Assembly (NCBI RefSeq): GCF_036588685.1
Contig: NC_086374.1
Span: 71,176,001-71,240,000, forward strand
DNA from: Mytilus trossulus
Lineage: Eukaryota
Length of the DNA: 64,000 nt
Direction of reading: 5' to 3'
Each line of letters starts with the position of its first letter. Position 1 is the stretch's first letter. Positions 14,364 to 26,883 of this stretch are shown here, piece by piece. The position numbers and the translations under genes were made by a program. A model generated the notes under the pieces. It was not told the DNA's origin. It worked only from the letters and a program-made list of their open reading frames with translations, and did not search any database.

Positions 14364-16400
14364 TGAATGAATGAATGAATGAATACTTTATTGCAAAAAG
14401 CATATATATGCTATAGCAACGAAAAACATATTTACAAATGATAAACAGCAGAGAACAATACATATAAATCATTACAAGAAAGCAAATAACATTAAGTAAC
14501 AATATGTGATCTGATTGACCACGCAGATTTTATGTAGTTACACAATTTTTTAATATGTAAAACAGACTTTGATTTAAATAGATACTGTAATTTAGTAAGG
14601 TTTGGCCAAGAACAATAGAATTTTGGCAAATATATAGGCCTAATTGATCTATAGGCAGGGCATACTAGTAAAAAGTGGTATTCGTTTTCAACACACTGCA
14701 TATTACAACATTTACATAAACGTAATTCTCTAGCCATGCCAGTATATCTTCCTGTTTCAATATTCAGTTTAAATGTACCACTTCGCAATTTAGTTAAAAA
14801 GTGTGAATTATAACAAAAATCTAAATAATCCTCAAACCTAAATTCTAACTTTATATCCTTATAAATACTAAGTTTTTCGCTCTTTTCTACATATGATAAC
14901 CAGCTTTGTATATACTGATCTATAATTCTATTTTTAATTACATAAAAAAATTCAGTAGTATGTATTTCAGATTGTTGATACCATATATAATTGAGACCAC
15001 TATCAAATAGTAAGTCACGTACATTAGAAGCCCAGTTTTTTTTGCCATTATTGGCATCATCAAGTAACAATTTATAAACATCATAAACAATAGGTGTTTT
15101 GTTAGATAAGATATTCAACCAATATTTCAAAATTTTAAATTTTCTCATAATGTACATAGGAAAATGGCCCAATTCTCCATATAAAAAACAATTTGGGACA
15201 GATTTGCCAACTTTTAAAATATATCGACAGAAACGATTGTGAATAATCTCAACATCTTTACCTCGATTGAAACCCCATATTTCCGAAGCGTAATTAAGAA
15301 CAGAGGCCACCATACTGTCAAATAGATCAAGTTGTTTCTTCTTTGACAAGAACAAATCTTTCACTGAGTTTAACAATGACGATAGAGCTAGTGATCCCTG
15401 TTGAGACACACGTTTCTGAGTCTGTAAGAATTTTCCATTAAAATAAAACATCATGCCAAGATATATACAGGAATTTACAATTTTTAGCTCTTTATTGTCG
15501 TAGCAGAATCTGGCACTTACTGGTTGCCATCCATTTCTAAATACTATAACTTTTGTTTTTTTAGTATTAACTTCAATGTTCCACTTATGACAGTATTTCA
15601 ATAATTTATCTAAAAGTTCTTGCAATAATTCTGGTGATTTTCCAAACAACACAGTGTCATCCGCAAAAAGAATAAGATATATAAGAATATTATTCACAGT
15701 AACGGCATCATCCCGCATATCAATATGAATGTCCTCAATCAAGTCATTGATGAAGAATAAAAACAAAAGAGACGACAAGGGCTCCCCTTGTTTTACTCCC
15801 ATTAAATTATCGAACGAATCGGATAAAATACCACCAGATCTAACACGCATTTTAACAGAAGAATAGACAGATTTTACAATAGTAACAAATTTGGAGCTTA
15901 TTCCACTTTTAATGAGTTTATACATTAGTATTCTTCGGTCCAGGTTGTCAAACGCTTTACGGAAATCTACGAATGAACAGTACAGTTTTTGCTTTTGTTG
16001 AAGAGTATTAGTTATAATTCCATGTAATACAAATATTGCATCTATAGTAGATCGTCCGGGTCTGAAGCCAAATTGATTGTTGATGAGTTTTTCTTCTTCC
16101 TCTGACCACGACAATAAACGATTGGTTAAAATAGTAGTGAATAGTTTGGATAAAACACTAACTAAAACTATTGGTCTATAGTTGTTTGGATCTGATAAAT
16201 CACCAGTTTTAGGAACCGCTATGACTAAACATTCTGTCCAGTGATCAGGATATATTCCAGATGAAAAAATATAGTTAAACAAAATTTTCAAAATTGGTGC
16301 ATATAAGATTGGACAACAAGATACCATTTCGCTAATTATGCCATCATTTCCCGCACTCTTTCTTGACTTCATTTTATGTATCGCGGCTTTAATTTCATCC
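14364..16400 (-). mobile_element. 5'-truncated LINE (probably RTE-X or CR1/L2 group); RT plus C-terminal Cys/His motif in ORF 14492-16372
   Basis: RT motifs NYRPI, QFGFR, FVDFRKAFD, GVKQGEPLS and LFADD, then YGELG and ETGRY..CKCC..ENEYHFLLVC. The 3' end is AATAAA plus (ATTC)n at 14364-14391. The frame begins abruptly at ~16400 with no APE domain. Confidence 0.92.
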
Positions 16401-18561
16401 TAAATTGTTAAAAATCATATTTTGCCGCCCCTGCTTGAACAAATATGGATTCTCTTAAAATGAAACTTTCAAAAGTGTTGCATCACAAAGTGAGGACTGT
16501 AAAGATTCCAGTTTGCACAAATTCTACAATAAACTCTTTGGAGTTTGAAGCTGTTTTTTTTCAATATTTCTGTAGTTGTGTGTGCTGTAATATCCTACCA
16601 TATTACTGTTTTAATTTCTTGAAACATTTGTAGAGTTTCCCGCTTAGAAGTAGATTTTTTTTTTAATGTCATTAATTATACAACTGAAATCTTCATATAG
16701 TTTATATTAACTAATAAAATATTCAAACTGATATGGAACTAAACAAATCTCAAATATCCTTTATTTAGTTTGAAATAATTGTATTAAACTAAAATTTCAT
16801 TAAATTTTTTTAATATTTCTTATATTGTTAACATATATTCATTCCAAACATATTTTTTTTTATAAAAAGTAATAAAACGGTTTCTCGTTTCTCGTTTTGT
16901 TTATATAGATTAGACCGTCGGTTTTCCCGTTTGAATGGTTTTACACTAGTAATTTTGGGGCCCTTTATAGCTTGTTGTTCGGTGTGAGCCAAGGCTCCGT
17001 GTTGAAGGCCGTACTTTAACCTATAATGGTTTACTTTTTAAATTGTTATTTGGATGGAGAGTTGTCTCATTGGCACCCACACCACATCTTCCTATATCTA
17101 ATTTTCTTTATTTCTTTAAATTCATAATTTTACCCTTAAAATCTTCTATTTTTCCTTATGAGAAAGTGATAAAATGTGGCATTTCTATAAAGTTCATTAA
17201 TTATTTTTTACAGTTAAATACTTAATAAAAACACCTATTGTTATTATATAAACATCTATTGAAATATTTTTGTTGGCATTCAAGGAATATGTAACATATA
17301 AAATGTTGGCATTCGAGGAAGACACCCTCATCACCAAAGATGGTTTGTTTATAGGAAAAACTAATACTTAAATTATTTTTTTTTATCGTTTTGCGCTGTA
17401 TCAACAAAAATAGAAATTGTTTTGGTTGTGATTAAAAAAATCATTTAAAAAAAAATTGTATTTGTCTTCTGCACCAAAGAGTTTTATTTTAAGTATTCAC
17501 AATTGAAAGTGAATGTTTAAATATGAATGGGAAAGTATAAAACCGGGGCCAACACTTTAAGATTTGGGATATTATGTGTGATGCGTCCGAAATAGGACCT
17601 GGTAAACAAAATCGAGACAGAAATAATATTATTTAGGCTTTTCGTCCTTCTTCTTCTTTTTTTCTTTCTTTTTTTTCTTTCAGAAATGTCAAATATCTTT
17701 TCAAAGTTCTTTCAATCTACAAAATTTTATTTCCTTGCTGTTAAGATTTATTATAGTTCGTTTATGTGTGTGTTACATTTCGGTGTTGTGTCTCTGTCGT
17801 GTCGTAGTTTTCTTATAATTGATACCTTTCCCTCAGTTTTAGTTTGTAACTCGGATTTGTTTTTTCTCTATCGATTCAGGAATTTTGAACAGCGGTATAC
17901 CACTGTTGCCCTTATTTCTAACCAGTTCTAAATTATTATTTTTTTAAAGATAAAGCCTTTGAGGGTTGATGCTTATTTCTTACAAGGCAATGCATACCAA
18001 AATTGCTATCCTTTCGTTGTTTCAGTATTCTCCGTTATCACATAGTTCTATAACACAAGACCATGTAGGTGACCCGCTAATTCATTGTTGGTAAAAATCA
18101 AAGATAAATTAATTGAAAAATAAGCCGCGAGTTGTTTTTTTTTGTTTTTTTTCAGGTTGCTTTGTCATTAACGTACTCCCCATGTTTAATTTATTCACAA
18201 TAGAAATCAAATTAAGAAGTAATTCAAATATGTGCATAACACAAACTAATAACTAACATGGTTTCAATATTTCCAGGTTTTTTTTCATACAATAATGGAA
18301 GATTCTAATAATTCAGCGTACAGTGGCGTATATATGTAGCTGACAGGATTTATATCTACAGAATTTACACATGAGTGTTCAGTACTATGACAAACTCTTC
18401 TCAGCTAAAACAGCAACTACTGATATTCATTAAATATACACGACCAAACAAACAAATAAGAACAGCTCATGTTCACTGTATTTGTTTTATACACACATGG
18501 AGATATACAATCAGATCGGGGATATGAAATACTTTTCATCATCTTTTAAATGTTTTGTATC

Positions 18562-19055
18562 GGAGATGTAAAGTCCAGCGCTGGAGATCTAAAGTCTAGC
18601 GCTGAAGATGTAAAGTCTAACGCTGGGGATGTAAAGTCTAGCGCTGGAGATATGTAAAATATAGCGCTAGAGATATGCGAAGTCTAGCGCTGGAGATGTA
18701 ATGTCAAGCGATGGAGATGTAAATACAAGCGCTGGAGATGTAAAATCAACTGTTGGAGATGTAAAGTATAGCGCTGAAGATGTAAAATCAAGCGCTAGAG
18801 ATGTAAAGTCAAGCGCTGGAGATGTAAAATTAAGCGCTGGAGATGTAAAGACCACCTATAAAGATGTAAAGTAAAGCGCTGGAGATATAAAGTCTAGCGC
18901 TTGAGATGTAAAGTCAAGCGCTAGAAATGTAAAGTCCAGCACTGGAGATGTAAAGTCCAGCGCTGAAGATGTAAAGTCTAGCGCTGAAGATATAAAGTGT
19001 AGCACTGAGGATGTAAAGTCGAGCGCTGGAAATGTAAAGTCTATTGCTAGAAATG
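18562..19055 (-). repeat. 21-bp minisatellite array, left inverted arm (truncated duplicate 52393-52710)
   Basis: Tandem ctggagatgtaaagtc(t/a)agcg units, the reverse complement of the right array. Confidence 0.95.
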
Positions 19056-19100
19056 AAAACCGTGTTTTATAGCGTGTTGCAAATAAGGATGCAAGAAAAG

Positions 19101-20339
19101 CCTCGGTCACACCTTACCGGATAGCTCGAATGGACGCCTAACGGATAACTTTTTTTCAATCCGTTCATGTCCGTTAGACGTCCGTTCTTATCTGTTAGAC
19201 GTCCGTCCATATCCGTTGTATGTCCGTAAAGGGGGCTCGCGGGTCTAAATCGATATATTTTTTAATATAGGATTTCGCTATATTTTTTCTATAACTGAAC
19301 TTCATCTTATTCTCAAAATGAAAATAAAATAAAAAAATTGGGGTCACCGTTAATTTACGCTCACAATCTGCCTTCGAAAGAAGCATACGTTTTTGTAAAG
19401 TTACTTTTTTCTGTTGAACTAATAGATGAAATAGAGGTAATATCGAAATAAAAAAGCCTAATTACAGAAATCGCTTAAAGTTTACAATTATTTAGTTTAT
19501 GTACAGCTTAATTGAAAACAATCATGACAATAATGAAAAATATAGGTCACCGATGTGTAAAAAAGATATTTCAGTGTAATGCCTAAAAAGGGATTTTTGA
19601 ACCAAAGGGAGATAATTTGGAGCTTTTTCGATGATATAAACATTTTAAAAGTCATCTGGGGGCAAACGGAATCGATTTTATTGGTTGATTTTTGCACCAT
19701 ATCATAAAGTCATCACTAATAGTGTAATTAACAAAATTTGTAAAGAAAAAAAAACAAATGTTTGATTTTTTTGCTGAAATTTTGTACCCGCGAGCCTCCT
19801 CAAGCGTACGTTTTATCCGTCGACGTCCGTTCTTTCCGGTTGGAAATTTTGAGCATGTTTAAAACTTTGAACAGACGTCCAATGGATAAAATGTCTGTAG
19901 AACGTCCGTGAGGCGTCCGTTTTGTACGGTACTCGTCCGTTTCGTTTCCATTTTGTATCCGTTGCGTGTCCGTTATACATGCCAGACACTGCCAAAACCA
20001 GTTACACAGAAACATTTTGAATATTTATGTGATTTACATGTATTATTATTGTCGCCTTTGATTTTTTTTTATATCTTGTTCATCCGTTTTATACGCTACG
20101 CTTCCGTTAGGTGTCCGTTTTATGCGATACTCGTCCGTTGGATGTACGTTCGACATCCGTTCTGTCCCGTACGTTTCCGTTTCTCGTACGTTGCATATCT
20201 GGTGTATGTCCGTTATGCATCCGTTACACGTCCGTTTTATTCGGTCAGTATATCAACGGACGCCCAACGGATAACAATTTTGTCAACGGACAACTTTTAT
20301 TTTCATCCGTTAGTGCTATACGGTAAGGTTTGACCGAGG
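19101..20339. mobile_element. Non-autonomous TIR element, PIF/Harbinger-like MITE (duplicate 52752-54050)
   Basis: TIR cctcggtcacaccttaccg(g)atagctcgaa.ggacgcctaacgg; the complement is clearest at 54007-54050. The interior is rich in tccgtt motifs. Superfamily is inferred. Confidence 0.8.
19230..19800. mobile_element. Nested MITE, Kolobok-like (duplicate 52867-53411)
   Basis: TIR agggggctcgcgggt / acccgcgagcctcct. Flanks taaa/tcaa resemble a decayed TTAA target. AT-rich interior. Confidence 0.75.
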
Positions 20340-20372
20340 ATAAGGGATTAACTTTTTTTTTTTACATTTTCA

Positions 20373-21322
20373 TCGCTTGACTTTACATCTCAAGCGCTAG
20401 ACTTTATATCTCCAGTGCTTGACTTTACATCTTCAGCGCTGGATTTTCCATCTCCAGCGCTTGATTTGACATCTCCAGCGCTTGACTTTACATCTCCAGC
20501 GCTTAATTTTACATCTTCAGCGCCAGACTTTACATCTCCAGCGCTTGATTTTAAATCTTCAGCGCTTGATTTTACATCTCCAGCCTCAGACTTTACATCT
20601 CCAGCCTCAGACTTTACATCTCCAGCCTCAGACTTTACATCTCCAGCGCATGACTTTACATCTCCAGAGCTAGACTTTGGATATCTATAGCGCTAGATTT
20701 TATACATCTCCAGCGCTAGACTTTACATCCCCAGTGTTAGACTTAAATCTTCAGCGCTTGACTGTACATCTCCAGCGCTAGACTTTAGATCTCCAGCGCT
20801 GGACTTACATCACCAGTGCTAGACTTTACATATCCAGCGCTATACTTTACATCTCTAGCGCTAGCCTTTTCATCTCCAGCGCTTGACTTTACATCTCCAG
20901 CGCTTGATTTCACATCTCATGCGCCAGACTTTACATCTCCAGCGCTTGATTTCATATCTTCAGCGATTGACTTTACATCTCCAGCGCTTGACTTTACATC
21001 TCCAGCGCTTGACTTTACATCTCAAGCGCCAGACTTTACATCTCCAGCGTTTGACTTAACATCTCCAGTGCTAGACTTTGGATTTCTCCAGCGCTAAATT
21101 TTATACATCTCCAGCGCTAGACTTTACATCCCCAGCGCTAGACTTTAGATATCTCCAGCGCTAGATTTTATACATCTCCAGCGCTAGACTTAACATCCCA
21201 AGCGCTATACTTAAATCTTCAGCGTTTGACTTTATACATCTCCAGCGCTATACTTTACATCTCTAGCGCTAGCCTTTACATCTCCAGTGCTAGACTTCAC
21301 ACATCTTCAGCGTTGGACTTTA
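20373..21322 (+). repeat. 21-bp minisatellite array, right arm (duplicate 54084-55030)
   Basis: About 45 tandem cgct(a/t)gactttacatctccag units, which give the spurious DFTSPAL and LHLQR ORFs. Confidence 0.95.
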
Positions 21323-21364
21323 AAATACACTATATAATCTGTGTGAGACCGACAGGGCTCCGTA

Positions 21365-24060
21365 CTTATGCACTAAAGTATTCTCAATATGATTTTTGTT
21401 TACAAAAATGCAGAAGGAAAATACATCATCCAAGCGATAAAACACCTATATGTGGCCGGTTAACAGTAACAGCCGTGCTGGCTTATCTGTAGATCTTATT
21501 GTGCTGAACACTTTGCTATTTGTTTGTTCTGTCTTTGTTATAGTTTTTGCATCAAAAAACTTTTAAAGTACAATTTGCACCTGTCCTAAGTCACGAATCT
21601 GATGTACAGTAGTTGTCGTTTGTTTATTTTATATACACGTGTTTCTCGTTTCTCGTTTTTTTATGTAGATTAGACCGTTGGTTTTCCCATTTGAATGGTA
21701 ATTTTTGGGCCCTTTATAGCTTGTTGTTCAGTGTGAGCCAGTGCTCCGTGTTGAAGGCCGTACATTGACCTCTAATGGTTTACTTTTTTTTAAATTGTTA
21801 TTTGGATGGAGAGTTGTCTCATTGGCACTCACACCACATCTTCCTATAACTAATCAATGTCAATACTCCTTTAAGAAGCCAATTGACGATTTCGACAAAA
21901 CTGACTTATTTGTAGATCCTATTTTGCTCAACATTTTTATATCTTTACCATTCCTCTTTACCTATAAACGGTTTAGCAAAAATATATTGTTGGGTAAGAA
22001 TTATTATTCAGGGGCATTTACTCCTATAAAGTATCAGTTTAAAATATCGGCAATGTTGATCTATTAGTTGATTGTTTCATGTTTAAAATCTCTGTTATCA
22101 ATATTTTTTCTCCATCCATGGTTTCTGCAAATAGAGCACAAGATTATCGACGATTTCAGCCATTTTTATTCATTTTGAGATTTTATTTTCGTAAACTTTT
22201 TTTTTATAAAAACCGTTTCTCTCTATCGATTATGGTGTATTCCCAAATTAAAAAAAAAATAACATCTTCCAGTTGTAACAACTCCTTTTAGGTTGCAATT
22301 AACTATTTCAACCATTTGACATATAATTCATAGATCGTATTTTGTAAAGATTTTTTTTTTTTAAGGCAATATCACTTATAATAAATTATATGATGATTCT
22401 ATTTATGTTGTCTTATTACTAGACTAGATCTCATTGAACATTGTTGCTATTTACAGTTTCTTTCAATCATGGTTTCTGCTAAATTGCATAAAAATATATT
22501 TTAATGATTATAAATCAAACTTGTTTTTTTTTTTTTTTTGCTTTATTTGACAGTCTTTTAGTATTTCTCTTAACTGATTGCACTTCTTTTTTTTTTAAAC
22601 GATAATTTTACCAAAATATTTTATTTTTGACAAGCTTAAGGTAACCATGTCTTTTCATTGGACACATCCCCGGTTAATCTCTTTAAATAGGACTCCTTAA
22701 ATAATATCCAGGTAAGAGAAGATAACATTTATCTATGTAGATTCAAAGAATTATTTTTTTTAAACGTCACAATAGACAAAGTCGGGCAATGACGACAAAT
22801 GAAAAACGACCGTCTGCGAGTGGAGGCAAAAGCTGAAATGGAGGTTTTATCATTGAAATACACCAAAAAAAACAAAGTCATGCATGGATATAATAAAACT
22901 TTTTATATATTAACTAGACCAATATCTTAAACTTTTCAGGAACACATATGTGTCTGTGTATAGAACAAATTTGTATGTGTAAATACGGTCCTATTTCATA
23001 ACGTGGATTGGTAAATGTTCAATTCATTTCGTAATTTGCTAAATTATAAACTACAAAACAACATTGTGGAAAATCTCCCTTTTATTATTTACAAAAAAGT
23101 GATATAGTGTATTCCTGTAATTTTTCTATTATCCCTGTATAATATCTGTCAAAAAAATGTCAGGAACTTATGGCGACCATCAAACGACAAGACAGATCTA
23201 GAAATATGTAAACAATTATCAAAAAGATAATATGTTTTTATTAATTTTTTTCAATAGCGGGTCTTAATTGTTATTTGGATGGAGAGTTGTCTCATTGGCA
23301 CTCACACCACATCTGCCTATATCTACTTAAGAATGAGTGATATTTTATCGGGTGTTTTTCTATGTTGAAATGTTTTGCTATTGTTTCAGAAAAAGGGAGA
23401 AGGTTTGGTACCATTAACACGTTTAATCCCGCTGCAAATGATTGCACCTGTCCTAAGTTAGGAATCTGATGTACAGTAGTTGTCGTTTTTTTTTATGTAA
23501 TTTATACGTGTCTCTCGTTTCTTGTTTTTTTTATATAGATTAGACCGTTGTTTTTTCAGTTTGAATGGTTGTACACTAGTAATTTTGGGGCCCTTTATAA
23601 CTTTTTTTTAAGTGAGCAAGGCTCCGTGTTGACGGCCGTACATTGACCCTTTAATGGTTTACTTTTTATAATTTTTTATTTGGATGGAGAGTTGTCTCAT
23701 TGACACTCACACCACATTTTCCTATATCTGTCATAAGGTTTTTTAAATGAAGATTTTTTTGGGAGATACTAAGTAATCTTTAAGAATGGGGTTGTTCAAA
23801 TGATCAACAAGTATACCCAGATCGATTAGTATGTAATGAAAAATGAAAACGACACTCGATAAATATGTACACACCCTTTAAAATAAAATATAAAAGATTG
23901 ACACTTAGTCTGTCCCTCCCAAGATCTTTTTCGGATGACGTTTTTTTAATGTTCTTCTTTTTTCAAGAATTTTATGTTTTCGGTTGAGCTTTGATCTTCT
24001 CAACTTTATAGACTCGGAAAAACTTCGTCTTGACTAAATATAAAGACAGTATATAAAGGT
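21365..24060 (-). pseudogene. Relic gene unit D: upstream/intron scaffold paralogous to that of copy B, coding exon absent (duplicate ~55070-57770)
   Basis: Colinear diverged matches to 9205-12110: aaagtattctcaatat..acaaaaatgcagaaggaaaa (21375 vs 9213), tcacaatagacaa..caatgacgaca (22767 vs 10106), tagtatgtaatgaa (23827 vs 11867), agactcggaa (24010 vs 12043). Confidence 0.75.
23266..23730 (+). repeat. Abundant short interspersed repeat ending ttggatggagagttgtctcattggcactcacaccacatct
   Basis: Copies at 16880-17100, 21574-21848, 55281-55546 and 56953-57402, and on minus at 41450-41550. Related subfamily at 32905-33265, 42125-42222 and 11590-11680. Shared 3' end with variable 5' truncation. Confidence 0.85.
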
Positions 24061-25094
24061 GGCATGCCAAAAAAGTCCGTATAACACTTGTCAATTAAAA
24101 ATTTTAAAAGTTTTAAAATTCTAAATATTGTTTTTAAATTTGATCTTTTAGATATCTGTTCAAACTTTGAAAGTACAAAACTTAACGTGCAGTTTAAATC
24201 ATTTTTCTCTTTTTGATTGAATTTCGATTTTTGTATAAAGATATTAAAAAATAGAAAAGGGGCAAAAAGATCGAGCGGTACTTAAAGGTCGAAAAAAATA
24301 AAAACGATACAAAACAAAAGAAACAAAATAAAATAAAATGAAATGAACAAACTGTTACTTAAAGATCAGAGGTAGACAGTTGCTAGCGTTGAAAACTTGG
24401 ATAACAAAATAAACTGAGAATTCATTATAAACAAGAAGCACGGCTCGAATTATAAGTATTCTTTTGCCCAGCAAGTAAAATAACTTTTAAAACAAATCTC
24501 TAGTAAAAGCTTGGCGATTCAGATCAATAGTTCAGAGCTATTTGGTTTCCCCAGCGCATAAACATTTAATAAATTATTTCAATGGTTTTAATTTCTTGAC
24601 CATCAATTATTCCGCCTTTGAGCGATCCTGGTGAAGTTAGATCCAGAAAAAGAGTTTCGGTAATAGGCCTGTAGCCAGAAAAATCCCTACATTTGGCGGG
24701 TTACATGGACGTACTAGGCGGATATTTTAAAAATTACAATTCACACAGATCGTCAACTTTAATAGTGCTTATTTGTTTTTCAAGATTGGAGAGGGAGGGG
24801 GTTAGAACTTCGAAAACTCAAACAACCCCTGGCTACTGGTGTTGGTAGCATGCAATTTGTAATGTTTTGTTTTAAAGTTTGATCGGTTACAAGACAATCA
24901 TATATTGTCTCTTATCATTGATTTCAGTTCAAAGTATTAATACGGAGGGAATGCTGAATGTATGGTTTGAACATTGTGCTAGATACGAATGTTGACATCT
25001 ATTTTACACGGCTACCTGCTTTACACGCAGAATTTTAGTTTAAGAATTATATGAAATATGAGTAGCTTGGAACCAGGATACTGTTTAAATATAT

Positions 25095-26750
25095 TCAACG
25101 TTAACATCCAACTGATCGTGCTGGTCTTGTTTAAGCTGAATACATTCATATTATATAAACGTGGTGAACCATAAACATTATTTTAAGCTTGCATATTTAA
25201 GTAATTGTTGCCACTGTACATTAAGCGCCCATCTATCCATTTGTAGATGTCGGCCGTCATTTTGAAGTAGTTATTTGAAATTATTTCAAAAAGTTCATAT
25301 CAACGAACAAACAATTGATCAAGTTAAAATGACCAATCGAGTTATCAACAATATGGCAATCGGAAATAAAAATATTGTCACTTAGGTGACACTACATTGG
25401 ACTTGGATACCTGCACAAAGGGCCACACTAATGGTATATTTTTCAGGTGCGGATCTATGAATTTGAAAATATGGAGGTTTAGCTAGACAATGCTAGGACC
25501 TATGCTTCTAAATGATATGCATTTATCGTATATTATGTAGCTCTGTTATGAGTAGGCGGCCCCCTAAATCCTGCACTATCAAGGGATAGTTTCGTATTTA
25601 TTATTTGCGCATGTTTAAGTTATCGCACGACAATCAACTGTGAGCAAAGTAAAAGTACGCGCTACGTCCAGTCTGAATGTGGCTTGTAAAGAGTGTCGCC
25701 ATCTCTGCACGATGGATTTTGCCATTTTAGACATAACCAATGCTGCTCAAGATAAACCAGGACAATGTAAAACGCTGAATTTTGAGTGAGGCATTTACCT
25801 ACAGTACGCTGAAAATTTAGAACTTTTGAAAGTCAGGGAAATACCAAAACCACAACAATTGAAGACGTGTTTGGACAAAGGAAAAGTTAAACCTTTCAAA
25901 ATCCATCTACTGGCTCCTTTGCCCTAGGGAGAGGAAACGTAAGTTTCTTTGTAAAAAGACCTATTTTAAATGATTGTTAGTTGCCAGTTTCATGCTAGTT
26001 CAAGACGATTACAAACTTGTAGAGAGCTCGGTACTCTTTCTACACGCATCATTTTGACTATACTTTGCTGCGTTCTTTTACTTTGCTGAAAGCGGATTGG
26101 CGTAACTTTAAAAGGTACAACAAAACGTTGTCAAAGGGAGCCAACATTTAACTTCAAAAGGGAGAGGATTTTTGTCAAGTGAAAAAAAATATTTTCGCGC
26201 TAACCGCAAACAATTCAGTACGGTTTTCCATGATATCAATCAAATCATTTTGTTCAAAATTTAACACAATCATGAGGTATTAGGAAAATCTGGAGATCGA
26301 ATATTTTTGTACACTGCATAAACAAAAATTATTATTTTTCGTGAAATTGTGGATCATAATACTTTTTAGGGGAAATCATACCCCCTTTTGTTGAGTTTAA
26401 TGTTCGCTATCTGACTAGGCTCTTACCTTTTCAAATTCAGTGTTCAGCACCTGAAAATGAATCATTATTTAAGCCTCTCATGTAAAGTATACTAGTCAAA
26501 TTTAGTGTTACCTCAGTGACAATAGTTATATTTCCTAATTCCAGATAGATTACCGTTTATCGTTGATATAAACTTTTTAAATTTACATTTTCAAATGCCG
26601 ACACCTACAAATGGATAGATCAGCGATGAATGTACAGCGGCAACGATTACATACATTTGCTGGCTGGAAATAATGTGGTGATTGTTTATATGATATGAAC
26701 GTATTGAGCTTTTGCCAAACCTGAACGATGAGGTAGATATTAACGTTTAC
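25095..26750. repeat. Old long inverted repeat (arms ~25095-25255 and ~26597-26750) around a 1.3-kb interior
   Basis: gtaattgttgccactgtacatt..atctatccatttgtagatgtcggc (25201-25255) is the reverse complement of gccgacacctacaaatggatagat..aatgtacagcggcaacgattac (26597-26650). Confidence 0.75.
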
Positions 26751-26769
26751 TTTATATGACCTTTTCTTA

Positions 26770-26883
26770 TTTGACTTTATTTGGACTTTTTAACTTTATT
26801 TGATTCGAGTCTAACTATTGGGTCTTTTGTCGATGAAACACGCGTTTTGCACAAAAAACAAATTTTCCATTCTGGTAAATATC
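26770..26883 (+). ncRNA. Degenerate hammerhead/retrozyme relic; its tail continues after the MITE at 28137-28157
   Basis: gagtctaa CTATTGG gtcttttgtcgat GAAAC acgcgt aligns with the same motif family. Confidence 0.45.

Noticed and set aside
14340-16420. Target-site duplication for the large LINE
   Set aside because: The flanks (tgttagttaagt / taaattgttaaa) share no convincing direct repeat.
19800-20333. 141-aa and 190-aa (53518-54090) Arg/Tyr/Pro-rich ORFs
   Set aside because: They lie within a MITE with tccgtt-biased sequence; no recognisable domain, and lengths differ between copies.
20373-21322. CRISPR-like array
   Set aside because: The repeats are contiguous with no unique spacers, there are no cas genes, and the context is eukaryotic.
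18667-21492. ORFs of DFTSPAL / LHLQRL heptads (also 52233-52745 and 54125-54786)
   Set aside because: They are translations of the 21-bp minisatellite, appear on both strands and in several frames, and shift frame often.
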